From the NCBI GenBank assembly GCA_009780765.1, contig WQZK01000001.1:7246-71245 (forward strand): a stretch of 64,000 bases of DNA, read 5' to 3'. The notes under the pieces were generated by a model, which was given only the letters and a program-made list of their open reading frames with translations, was not told the DNA's origin and made no database searches. Shown here piece after piece: positions 1 through 8,679 of the stretch. The DNA comes from Defluviitaleaceae bacterium (lineage in GTDB: Bacteria > Bacillota > Clostridia > Lachnospirales > UBA5962). The position numbers and the translations under genes were made by a program. Position 1 is the stretch's first letter. Each line of letters begins with the position of its first letter.

Positions 1-86
1 TTGAAGAGGTAGAAAATATTTTTAGAGATTTTATAGAAAATAATAAACTGCCTAATTTAGCTAATTGGAAGCGTACACAAATATAA
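1..86 (+). CDS. 3' end of an upstream ORF (partial, product unknown)
   Basis: Frame 3 is open from the window edge to TAA at 84-86 (...EEVENIFRDFIENNKLPNLANWKRTQI*). It is too short to assign a product. Confidence 0.3.
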   Translation, partial: EEVENIFRDFIENNKLPNLANWKRTQI

Positions 87-127
87 ATATTTATATTTAG
101 GTAGTATTGCTGTGTTTCCAATTACAC

Positions 128-156
128 TTGACAAAATAGAAAATTTATGTTATAAT
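128..156 (+). promoter_or_regulatory. Sigma-70-type promoter with extended -10
   Basis: TTGACA (128-133), a 17-nt spacer ending in TGt, then TATAAT (151-156). A GAGGAAA RBS and the ATG at 183 follow. Confidence 0.6.
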
Positions 157-182
157 GATGAAGCTTTGAGGAAATAAATTTA

Positions 183-1874
183 ATGAAAAATAAAGAAAAT
201 AGAAAAAAGAGACATCTTATTATATTATTAGCAATATTTTTTTTGATTGCTATTATGTTTACGATTCCCTTATCGATTATTATGTGTGATTGTTCTGGTA
301 ATCAAGATAATCCGACTTATGTAGTGCCAACTGGGCTTACTGTAGTATTCGATAGTGAAAGACGCTTTAGCGATATAGAATTGCCTAATGGTTGGCGTTG
401 GGTAAATCCAAGTGAGTTAGTTGGTAATGTTGGTACTCGAGAAAAATACGCAGACTTTTTTTATCAAGATACATTTATAGCACGGTATAGGCTTTCGGTT
501 CTTGTTACACATGCGTTTGTTAATCCGCCTCTTATAGATGGTGTTATCGGATTATACGGACAAGCACTATCTAATGTTGTTATGCCTAATAGGTGGACTT
601 GGAATGCTCCAAACACCTCTCTTTCTCCGCTGGGGCAAAATAGTTTTGAAGCATCATTTCAACCTGTTAATCCTAATTATAGAGCAATAATAGACTTAGA
701 TGTTACTATTATAAGAAGTTTTGAATATATATCAGCTGGAGATTTCCATAACATTGCATTATGTTACCATGGCAATGTATGGACTTGGGGTGCCGGAAGT
801 GATCGTTTGCGTTCTAATAGCAGAGATGCTCATGGGTGGTTAGGGCATGGTAGCTATAATAACGAGTTGCGGCCACGCAGAATAGATGGCATTAGTGGGT
901 TTACTAATATATATGCTGTAGCGGCAGGTAGCGAAGGGAGCATGGCACTTGATAGTAACGGTAACCTTTGGAGTTGGGGTAGTGGATCATATAATTTAGG
1001 GCTAGGATATAGTAATTTAGTAGATATCACTAGGCCTCAAATGATTGAAACAGGATATAATGACATTCAGTTACCTAAATTTGTTGCAATAAGTTTAGAT
1101 AGAATTAGTATGGCATTAGATATAGATGGTAACCTTTGGAGTTGGGGTTTTACAGAGGGTTTAAGTGGAAGTAATGTTTTAGGACATGGAGATATTAGAA
1201 ATATTAGTCGCCCTAAAAAAATAACATACGGATATAATAATATGCTATTACCGGAATTTATTAGTATAAATACTGCAAATACACACAGTATGGCTATAGA
1301 TGCCAGTGGCAACATTTGGACATGGGGTTTTGGTGGTGGATTAGGGCATGTTAGTGCAGCAGTGCGTCCGCAAATACTAGAATTATGTTATAACAACGAG
1401 GCGTTACCATCTTTTATAGAAATTAGTGCAGGTTTTTCGCACAGTATGGCAATTGATGAATATGGATATGTTTGGAGTTGGGGCTCTGACAACGGAAGGC
1501 TAGGGCATGGATTAGATTCAAGTGTTTTTATAACTCGTCCTAAAAAAATCGCTGGATTAAATAATATTGCTACAATAAGTGCTAGTGCTGGATTTCATAT
1601 ACATAACATGGCATTATGTAAAGAAGGTTATGTTTGGACATTTGGACATGGTAGGCATGGACAATTGGGACATGGAACAGATAGCAATGAATATACTCCT
1701 CGTAAAATAGAAGGTTTATCCAATATTAGAGTGATAAGTGCCAGCAACGATGTGCGTAGTGTTGTTGTTTGTGAGATTGGTCATATTTGGACTTTTGGAA
1801 GCGGTAATTGGTTATCAGGATTATGGGGTACATTGCATAACAACTTTAGTAATATGCCAATTAGAGTGGTGTAG
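183..1874 (+). CDS. Membrane-anchored RCC1-repeat (beta-propeller) surface protein
   Basis: N-terminal Lys-rich segment plus a hydrophobic helix (HLIILLAIFFLIAIMFTIPL). Then two roughly 70-aa Ig-like repeats with '..NGWRWVNP..' / '..NRWTWNAP..'. Then about 7 RCC1-type blades with recurring 'G[NH][VLI]W[ST][WF]G' and 'LGHG' motifs. Confidence 0.8.
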   Translation: MKNKENRKKRHLIILLAIFFLIAIMFTIPLSIIMCDCSGNQDNPTYVVPTGLTVVFDSERRFSDIELPNGWRWVNPSELVGNVGTREKYADFFYQDTFIARYRLSVLVTHAFVNPPLIDGVIGLYGQALSNVVMPNRWTWNAPNTSLSPLGQNSFEASFQPVNPNYRAIIDLDVTIIRSFEYISAGDFHNIALCYHGNVWTWGAGSDRLRSNSRDAHGWLGHGSYNNELRPRRIDGISGFTNIYAVAAGSEGSMALDSNGNLWSWGSGSYNLGLGYSNLVDITRPQMIETGYNDIQLPKFVAISLDRISMALDIDGNLWSWGFTEGLSGSNVLGHGDIRNISRPKKITYGYNNMLLPEFISINTANTHSMAIDASGNIWTWGFGGGLGHVSAAVRPQILELCYNNEALPSFIEISAGFSHSMAIDEYGYVWSWGSDNGRLGHGLDSSVFITRPKKIAGLNNIATISASAGFHIHNMALCKEGYVWTFGHGRHGQLGHGTDSNEYTPRKIEGLSNIRVISASNDVRSVVVCEIGHIWTFGSGNWLSGLWGTLHNNFSNMPIRVV

Positions 1875-1900
1875 GAAAGTAAATTTATTTTAAAACTTTA

Positions 1901-2515
1901 ATGAAAGATTTGATTTTTACTCAAAAGATATTTGATTTTGATTTATCGCTAAACTGTAAACATATTTGCGGTGTGGATGAGGCGGGTAGAGGTCCGTTAG
2001 CGGGTCCTGTTGTTTGTGCTAGCGTTATTATGCCTTATGATAGTATGATAGACGGGATTTACGATAGCAAAGGAGTGAGCGAGAAAAAAAGATCAGAGTT
2101 GTTTGATAAAATTAAAAATGTTGCAATTAGTTATCATATTGCGGTTATTGATTGCGATGTTATAGACGAAATAAATATTTTAGAAGCAACAAAACAGGGT
2201 ATGGTAGAAGCGATTGTTAGTGTTTGTGATGTTATTACTCCGGACAAAATTTTAGTAGATGCCGTTAAGGGATTGAATATTGACAGGGAATATGTGGCTT
2301 TGATTAAAGGCGACCAAACAAGCTATGCCATAGCATCGGCCTCAATATTGGCTAAAGTTACTAGAGATAGATTGATGGAAGAATACGACAAACAATATCT
2401 GCAATACGGTTTTAATAAGCACAGGGGTTACGGTACGGTTCAGCATATAGGGGCGATAAAAGAATTTGGATTATGTCCGATACATAGAAAATCGTTTTGC
2501 AAGAATTTTATATGA
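1901..2515 (+). CDS. rnhB: Ribonuclease HII
   Basis: 'GVDEAGRGPLAGPVV' active-site motif, 'ASILAKVTRD' and 'GYGT..H'. The length (204 aa) is typical. Confidence 0.93.
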   Translation: MKDLIFTQKIFDFDLSLNCKHICGVDEAGRGPLAGPVVCASVIMPYDSMIDGIYDSKGVSEKKRSELFDKIKNVAISYHIAVIDCDVIDEINILEATKQGMVEAIVSVCDVITPDKILVDAVKGLNIDREYVALIKGDQTSYAIASASILAKVTRDRLMEEYDKQYLQYGFNKHRGYGTVQHIGAIKEFGLCPIHRKSFCKNFI

Positions 2516-2904
2516 ATACGCAAGATAAAAAATCAATAAAAACTAAAAATCTTATCAAAGGAAAATCGGGCGAAAAGTTAGCAGTTAAGTTTTTAAGACA
2601 AAAAGGTTATCGCATTCTACATAAAAATTACAAGACAAATTTGGGTGAAATTGATATAATAATTAGCGATGGGGAAACACTTATATTTGTAGAGGTTAAA
2701 AGTAGAGAAGGTGGTTTTTTGGATGTGCCGGCAGAAGCTGTAACAGCATTTAAACAACGAAAAATAAATCAGGTTGCTTGTATGTATTTATCAAGATTTC
2801 AATTAAGAAATGTACCCATTAGATTTGATGTTGTAGAGGTTTATATGTCGGAAAATAGGATGGAGCATTTAGAAAACGCATTTGACAGTTACTTAAAGTT
2901 TTAG
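2512..2904 (+). CDS. yraN: YraN-family (UPF0102) endonuclease
   Basis: 'GEKLAVKFLRQKGYRIL..NYK...GEIDIIISDGETLIFVEVKSR' is the family signature. The start is taken as the ATG at 2512, which overlaps the rnhB stop as ATGA. The ORF track's 2497 start is also possible. Confidence 0.85.
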   Translation: MNTQDKKSIKTKNLIKGKSGEKLAVKFLRQKGYRILHKNYKTNLGEIDIIISDGETLIFVEVKSREGGFLDVPAEAVTAFKQRKINQVACMYLSRFQLRNVPIRFDVVEVYMSENRMEHLENAFDSYLKF

Positions 2905-2905
2905 T

Positions 2906-3832
2906 ATGATTACACAAGAGATTAGACAATTAAATACAGATACTTTACCGTTAGAATTTAGAAAGTTATCGCTAGCGGATAAAGAAAATTTAGAAAAGAT
3001 TTTATCACATAATACAGAGCGACTAGGTTGGGAATATTCGTTTGCGATGACTCATATTTGGAACTCTAGAGGCAATGCTGAGGTTTGTTTTTTGTCTGAT
3101 ATGGCGATAATTAGGTCAATGTGGGGTGGCAGACGAATTTATTATCCGCCAATTTTAGTAGACCAACGACATCTTTGTAGAGCAGTTAGTTTAATAGAAA
3201 ACGAGTGTAGAATTGAAAGTGTTCCGTTAGATATTAGGGGTTTAGAGTTCGAACAGATGCAAAGATTTGATGGTAGTAGATATGACATTTCTACTAGTCG
3301 AGATAATTGCGATTATATTTATAGTACCGACGATTTAATAACATTAAAAGGCAAAGCATTTCATTCTAAACGTAATTTTATCACGAGATTTAAGGCAACT
3401 TATCCCGATTATAATTTTAGAGCTTATAATGACGAATTAGATAGAAAAAATATTTTTGCTCTTTATGAAAAATGGAATGCTACTACCGAACACGAAACAT
3501 ACGCTTTAGAGCAATTAGTTATAACTCGGGCATTAGATTATCGAGTGGAATTAAATTTGCAAATTGGTGTTTTATATGTGAACGATAATTTAGTTGCATT
3601 TTCTATAAGTGATATTAGTAATCATAATATTGCACACACATTTTTTGAAAAAGCCGATAAGGACTATATTGGTAGCTTTCAGGCGATAAATCAATTTTCT
3701 GCCCAAGCATTTTTAAGTAATCATAAATTTGTAAATCGTCAAGAGGATTTAGGAATAGAAGGGCTAAGAAAGGCAAAATTATCTTATCATCCAATAAAAT
3801 TACTAGAGAAGTACAGGGCAGTAAAATGTTAA
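2906..3832 (+). CDS. DUF2156 / phosphatidylglycerol lysyltransferase C-terminal-domain-like protein
   Basis: The size and the 'KGKAFHSKRNFITRF' block recall the DUF2156 (LPG_synthase_C-like, FemAB/GNAT-fold) family. This is recognition from memory only. Confidence 0.55.
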   Translation: MITQEIRQLNTDTLPLEFRKLSLADKENLEKILSHNTERLGWEYSFAMTHIWNSRGNAEVCFLSDMAIIRSMWGGRRIYYPPILVDQRHLCRAVSLIENECRIESVPLDIRGLEFEQMQRFDGSRYDISTSRDNCDYIYSTDDLITLKGKAFHSKRNFITRFKATYPDYNFRAYNDELDRKNIFALYEKWNATTEHETYALEQLVITRALDYRVELNLQIGVLYVNDNLVAFSISDISNHNIAHTFFEKADKDYIGSFQAINQFSAQAFLSNHKFVNRQEDLGIEGLRKAKLSYHPIKLLEKYRAVKC

Positions 3833-4857
3833 ACGAAAAATTTATATTGCAACTTAAAAGTCTTTATAAGGACGCTTTTCCTACAGACTCCGCTAATTTC
3901 GTGGAGTATTTTTTTAGTGGTCGGCTTAAAAATGATTTATTTAATAATGTAGCAACAGTATCGGATGATAAACAATTAGTATCGGCGGGGTATATTATAA
4001 AAAAGCCTGCAAAGATTTTTAATAAGCAAGAAACGGCTTATTACTTAACTGCTTTAGCGACTTTTAGCGAGCATCGCAATAAAGGATATTTTACTCAACT
4101 TATGCAAAAACTGCTTATCAATCTTTATGATAAACAAGTTTCGTTTTGCTTTTTATATCCTTTTAATCACGAATTTTATCTAAAATATAACTTTAATAAT
4201 GTTAGTTTTTGCGATAAAATTATAGCAAATGGTAATAAAAAGTGTATAGAGATTAAGTATACTTCAAATTCGCAAATTCCGAATGATGTATTAAATCAAC
4301 TCGCAACACTAGATAAAAAAAACGATTTTGATAATCGCTTAACATTCGGCAAAGAAGAGATTTTAAAAAAAATAGGAGAATTTTCGGCAGATAATGTTGA
4401 GTTATGCACCTATGCGTACTCAAACGATACTGACAGCATTTTTGCATATTGCTTTAAGAATGATAAAAAAGTATTTTTTTATGTAACGAATGACAAAAAA
4501 ATGTTTTTTGATTTAGACGCTCTTAAAGGTTTAGAGGTTTTTGATTTTAATCAAGGAGAAATGCCATATATTCAAGCAAGAATAGTAAATATAAAAACGG
4601 CACTTCAAATAGCACCACTTATTATCAAAAAGCCGTTTAGTATAAAAATAGTTGATAACTTAATTAAAGATAACAACGCTATATTTTTAGTGACACCAAA
4701 AAGCGAAGGGCAAGATAATATAATTAAAATAATTAAAGAAGCTAAAAGCAACAAACTAGATTTTGAATTTAACATTGCTGAACTAACAAAAATATTATTA
4801 TGTGGTGATGGGGCATTAGTAAAACCACAACGCAATTGTTTTATAGATCAATATTAA
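3826..4857 (+). CDS. GNAT-family acetyltransferase with a C-terminal SCP2-like domain (Eis-like architecture)
   Basis: 'YLTALATFSEHRNKGYFTQLMQKLL' fits the GNAT acetyl-CoA motif A region. The 343-aa length fits two-domain Eis-like GNATs. The start overlaps the preceding gene by 7 nt. Confidence 0.5.
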   Translation: MLNEKFILQLKSLYKDAFPTDSANFVEYFFSGRLKNDLFNNVATVSDDKQLVSAGYIIKKPAKIFNKQETAYYLTALATFSEHRNKGYFTQLMQKLLINLYDKQVSFCFLYPFNHEFYLKYNFNNVSFCDKIIANGNKKCIEIKYTSNSQIPNDVLNQLATLDKKNDFDNRLTFGKEEILKKIGEFSADNVELCTYAYSNDTDSIFAYCFKNDKKVFFYVTNDKKMFFDLDALKGLEVFDFNQGEMPYIQARIVNIKTALQIAPLIIKKPFSIKIVDNLIKDNNAIFLVTPKSEGQDNIIKIIKEAKSNKLDFEFNIAELTKILLCGDGALVKPQRNCFIDQY

Positions 4858-4902
4858 AATGAAATTTTCTCATTGCTTAAGTGGCATTTTGTACTTAATT
4901 TA

Positions 4903-5730
4903 TTAAATTTCTTTTCGCAAATATTGCAGAAAATAAAAAATATATTGTTGAGCGATACCTGCATATTTATGATTTAATAAAACTTCGCCATCATCGCCTA
5001 ATTGTTCAAGAGCTTTATTTATCCAAGTGTCTTGTGGGGCGATGTCTAAGCGGTTAAAGTCGCCACAAAAAAGCATAACGCAATTTGCTACTTTTGGCCC
5101 TATACCTGTTATTTGGCAGAGGGCTTTTTGTAATTCTTTATTAGACAATTTTTTGAGTTGTTCTATATTTATGTTTTTTAACTGCTCTATTGCCTTTACT
5201 AAGTAGACACTTCTATATCCGCAGCCTAATTCCTTAAAGTCCGCTTCTGTTACATTTTTTAGTTGTTTTAAGGCAGGGAAAGCATATTTACCATACGCTA
5301 ACTTATCGCCGTATCTTTCTGCCAATAAATTCAAAGTTTTAGTGAATCGTTTAATGTTGTTATTAGCAGAAATTATAAACGACAGAACCATTTCTACAAA
5401 TTCGCCTTTTAGAATACGAATTCCATCGCCTGCTTTAATTGCGGGTATCATTTTTTTATATTCTGATAACGAGTTTTTTATTGCGTTATAATCGGTATCA
5501 AAATCAAAATAGTTATAAAAATATGTAGAATTATCGCATTTGATAATAATTTTATTATCGTTTTTATCTTGCACTATATCAGCAAAATGATTGCCAACAA
5601 TAAGTTGATAACCATTTTCTATAGCAAAATACCGAAAAACTTGACCGCTGTGCATTATAGCATCCACATCAAATTGAGTTAAATCATAAACCTCTATAGT
5701 ATTATCATCTATTATTTTAGCTATTGGCAT
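4903..5730 (-). CDS. ogg: HhH-GPD DNA glycosylase (8-oxoguanine DNA glycosylase/AP lyase-like)
   Basis: Helix-hairpin-helix 'ITGIGPKVANCVMLF' with a Lys, followed by 'PQDTWI' (catalytic Asp region). An N-terminal OGG_N-like domain is present. Confidence 0.8.
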   Translation of the reverse strand: MPIAKIIDDNTIEVYDLTQFDVDAIMHSGQVFRYFAIENGYQLIVGNHFADIVQDKNDNKIIIKCDNSTYFYNYFDFDTDYNAIKNSLSEYKKMIPAIKAGDGIRILKGEFVEMVLSFIISANNNIKRFTKTLNLLAERYGDKLAYGKYAFPALKQLKNVTEADFKELGCGYRSVYLVKAIEQLKNINIEQLKKLSNKELQKALCQITGIGPKVANCVMLFCGDFNRLDIAPQDTWINKALEQLGDDGEVLLNHKYAGIAQQYIFYFLQYLRKEI

Positions 5731-6182
5731 TATAAAAATCTTAATCCATCTAAATAAGATTGCAGAATTATTTGAGCACTGGCGGTATCGAGTTCGCCCG
5801 ATTTTTTGGCTGATTTTTTGGCGGTGGTGTTAGCTGTTCGTATGTTAAAATTATCATAAAATGCACTAAAGCCTTGTTTTGCTTGTGCAGTGCTTAATCG
5901 CTCATCTTTGTAGATAATCTCTAAGCCTGTAACTTTTTGCAAAGCATTGCCAAAACTACGAGTTTTACTTGCCCGCTCGCCCTCACTTCCGTCCATGTTT
6001 TTTGGAAGCCCTATAACGATTTTTTCTATCGCTTCATTTTCACACACTTTCGCAATGTAATCAACATCTAGACGCATAGTTTTTTCCTTAAACGCCTTTA
6101 GCGGAGTTGCAACTTGCAAAATGTTATCCGCAATTGCAAGCCCTATTGAATTATCACCATAATCTATTCCTAATATATTCAT
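5730..6182 (-). CDS. ruvX: Holliday-junction resolvase-like / pre-16S rRNA nuclease YqgF
   Basis: 'ILGIDYGDNSIGLAI' N-terminus, 'IVIGLPKNMDGSEG', 'DERLST..A'. Confidence 0.9.
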   Translation of the reverse strand: MNILGIDYGDNSIGLAIADNILQVATPLKAFKEKTMRLDVDYIAKVCENEAIEKIVIGLPKNMDGSEGERASKTRSFGNALQKVTGLEIIYKDERLSTAQAKQGFSAFYDNFNIRTANTTAKKSAKKSGELDTASAQIILQSYLDGLRFL

Positions 6183-6185
6183 ATT

Positions 6186-8624
6186 TTATACAATCACATT
6201 AACTATTTTATTTGGCACATAAATAACTTTTTTAGCTGTTGCTAGGCCTAAGTGAGCTAGTGCTTTTTTTTCTATGCTATCGCTTGCTTCGCCAACTTCT
6301 ATGCTTATTGTACCTTTTAGCTTTCCTAATAGCTGTACAGGAATTTCTATTGTACTTTCTACTAGCTTACTTTCGTCAAATTTCGGGAAGTTTTCATTTG
6401 CAATATCTTTACTAAAAACACTCTCGTAAATTTCGCTTGTGATGTGCGGAATAAAAGGATTCATAACTATTAGATATTGGCGCAATTCTTCTTTAGTGAT
6501 GTAACCAGATTTTTTAACAACATTCATAAACTCCATAAAGCCAGCTATAACGGTATTAAACTTAAAGTCGGCTCTATCTTCTGTTGCCACATTGCTATCT
6601 GCTATTATACCAGTATCGGCACGCTTAATCATTTGATGTAATGCTTTTTCGTGTGTGGAACTAATTGAATTATCGTCCTTTTTTACAATATCCAATAAAC
6701 TCCACACCTTTTTAAGAAAGTTGCTACATCCGTTAATTCCCTCTAAAGTCCAAATTGTATTAAACTCATAATCGCCCATAAATAATATATGCAACCTAAA
6801 ACAATCAGCTCCGTAGGTGTTTATAACTTCGATTGGGTCAATAGCATTACCGCTACTCTTACCCATTTTCTTCCCAGATTCGTCCAAAATTAAACCGTTG
6901 CACATACGGCGAATAAACGGCAACTTATGCGGAACAGCTTTAATATCATACAAAAAGTTATGCCAGAAACTAGCGTATAACATATGACGGGTCACATGCT
7001 CGGTACCACCTGTATAAAGGTCAACTGCTCCCCAGTATTTTAGTTTTTCTTGAGAAACAAATTCATTTTGATTATGTGGGTCTAAAAAACGAAGCCAATA
7101 CCAACTACTGCCTGCCCAATTTGGCATAGTATCGCTTTCTCGAACTGCTTTAATTCCACATTTAGGGCAATGAGTTTCTATCCATTCTAACGCTTTAACC
7201 AGTGGACCATTTCCGCTAGCATCAGGAGTGAAATCTTTAATTTTGGGTAGTTCCAGCGGTAAATCTTTGTCGGAGCAAGGTACAAATCCACACTTTTCGC
7301 AAATAACAATCGGGAAAGGCTCGCCCCAGTAACGCTGACGGTTAAACGGCCAATCCTGCATTTTATAGTTAGTTTTAGCAGTCGCTAATTTTTTAGTGGC
7401 AAGATGCTTAATGATTTTTGCTTTAGCAGTCTCTACATCTAATCCATTTATAATGTCGCTATTAACTAATTCGCCATCACCTGTGTAGGCTTCTAATTCA
7501 ACATTTCCACCTCTAATAACCTCTACAATCGGCAAATTAAACTTTTTAGCAAACTCCCAATCTCGAGTATCGTGCCCAGGAACCGCCATAATTGCACCTG
7601 TGCCGTAACCCATCATAATATAATCAGCAACAAAAACAGGAATTTGTTTTTGTGTAGCAGGATTTATTGCCATAATTCCATCTAGCACAACACCTGTTTT
7701 TTGCTTATCGGCACTTCGCTCTATATTATCTTTTGCCGCCGCCTCTTTAGCGTAAGCTATAACTTTATCTAAGTTAGCGATTTTTTTAGCGTATTTTTTG
7801 ATAAGAGGATGCTCGGGAGCAATTGCCATATAAGTTACACCGTAAAGAGTATCGGGACGGGTTGTAAAGACTTCTAGCTTATCCTTTAGTTTTTCTGTTT
7901 TATCTTTGCCGCCTTTGCTAGCTAATTCAAAAATAATTTCTGCACCCTCACTCTTTCCAACCCAATTGCGTTGACTATCCTTTAGATTATCTTTTAAGTC
8001 TATCTCGTTTATAGCTTGTAACATTTTTTCGCTATAAGACTTCATTTTTAGATACCAAACGCTTCTACGACGCACCTCAACTGTATTTTTACATCTATCG
8101 CAAATTCCGCCTTGACTATCCTCATTAGATAACACAGTTTGGCAACTAGCACAAAAATTAACCTCGCCCTCGGCTTTATAAGCTAAACCATGCTTAAATA
8201 ATTGCACAAAAATCCACTGTGTCCACTTGTAGTAACTAGGGTCAGTTGTAGAAAATTCTCTAGACCAATCAAACGAAAAGCCAAGTCTGGTTAGCTGATT
8301 AGTAAATATTTTTATACTATCCTGCGTGGCAGACTTAGGATTTATATCCATTTTTAAGGCATAATTTTCTGTCGGCAAACCAAAAGCATCCCAACCAACA
8401 GGATACAAAACATTAAAGCCCTTTAACCTTTTGTAACGAGCAATTACCTCGCTGGGAGTAAATGCTTTAACATGACCCAAATGTATGCCCTTGCCGCTTG
8501 GTCCAAAAAATTCAGTAAGTACATAATACTTAGGTTTTTTAGAAAAATCTTCTGCATTAAATGTTCCATTAGCAAGCCATCTCTCTTGCCATTTTTTCTC
8601 TATATCTGTAAAATTATAATTCAT
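6186..8624 (-). CDS. leuS: Leucine--tRNA ligase
   Basis: 812 aa. HIGH-type motif 'GKGIHLGHV', 'KMGKSSGN' (KMSKS), and a CP1 editing domain with 'TTRPDTLYGVTY'. Confidence 0.97.
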   Translation of the reverse strand: MNYNFTDIEKKWQERWLANGTFNAEDFSKKPKYYVLTEFFGPSGKGIHLGHVKAFTPSEVIARYKRLKGFNVLYPVGWDAFGLPTENYALKMDINPKSATQDSIKIFTNQLTRLGFSFDWSREFSTTDPSYYKWTQWIFVQLFKHGLAYKAEGEVNFCASCQTVLSNEDSQGGICDRCKNTVEVRRRSVWYLKMKSYSEKMLQAINEIDLKDNLKDSQRNWVGKSEGAEIIFELASKGGKDKTEKLKDKLEVFTTRPDTLYGVTYMAIAPEHPLIKKYAKKIANLDKVIAYAKEAAAKDNIERSADKQKTGVVLDGIMAINPATQKQIPVFVADYIMMGYGTGAIMAVPGHDTRDWEFAKKFNLPIVEVIRGGNVELEAYTGDGELVNSDIINGLDVETAKAKIIKHLATKKLATAKTNYKMQDWPFNRQRYWGEPFPIVICEKCGFVPCSDKDLPLELPKIKDFTPDASGNGPLVKALEWIETHCPKCGIKAVRESDTMPNWAGSSWYWLRFLDPHNQNEFVSQEKLKYWGAVDLYTGGTEHVTRHMLYASFWHNFLYDIKAVPHKLPFIRRMCNGLILDESGKKMGKSSGNAIDPIEVINTYGADCFRLHILFMGDYEFNTIWTLEGINGCSNFLKKVWSLLDIVKKDDNSISSTHEKALHQMIKRADTGIIADSNVATEDRADFKFNTVIAGFMEFMNVVKKSGYITKEELRQYLIVMNPFIPHITSEIYESVFSKDIANENFPKFDESKLVESTIEIPVQLLGKLKGTISIEVGEASDSIEKKALAHLGLATAKKVIYVPNKIVNVIV

Positions 8625-8679
8625 AATTGTTTTCTTTTTGATTGATTTTATAAAGTTTGTTGTCGTTAGAGTTTTACCC

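Noticed and set aside
1067-1315. Antisense ORF inside the RCC1-repeat gene. The same class includes 4253-4447, 4605-4835, 12369-12584, 12547-12783, 12898-13251, 13623-13862, 13971-14282, 15806-16015, 16860-17138, 21081-21275, 23133-23354, 24265-24672, 25063-25341, 25835-26116, 26757-27029, 27318-27506, 31616-31894, 32749-33073, 35048-35431 and 37535-37762.
   Set aside because: All lie opposite or overlapping genes with strong family motifs. They have low-complexity Ser/Leu/Ile/Phe-rich translations and no RBS. They are the expected chance ORFs of AT-rich DNA.
8625-8679. Looked for a T-box leader upstream of leuS.
   Set aside because: Only 55 nt separate leuS from the stop of the upstream pgm gene, which is too short for a T-box. 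leuS appears to be co-transcribed with pgm from the promoter near 10369-10398.
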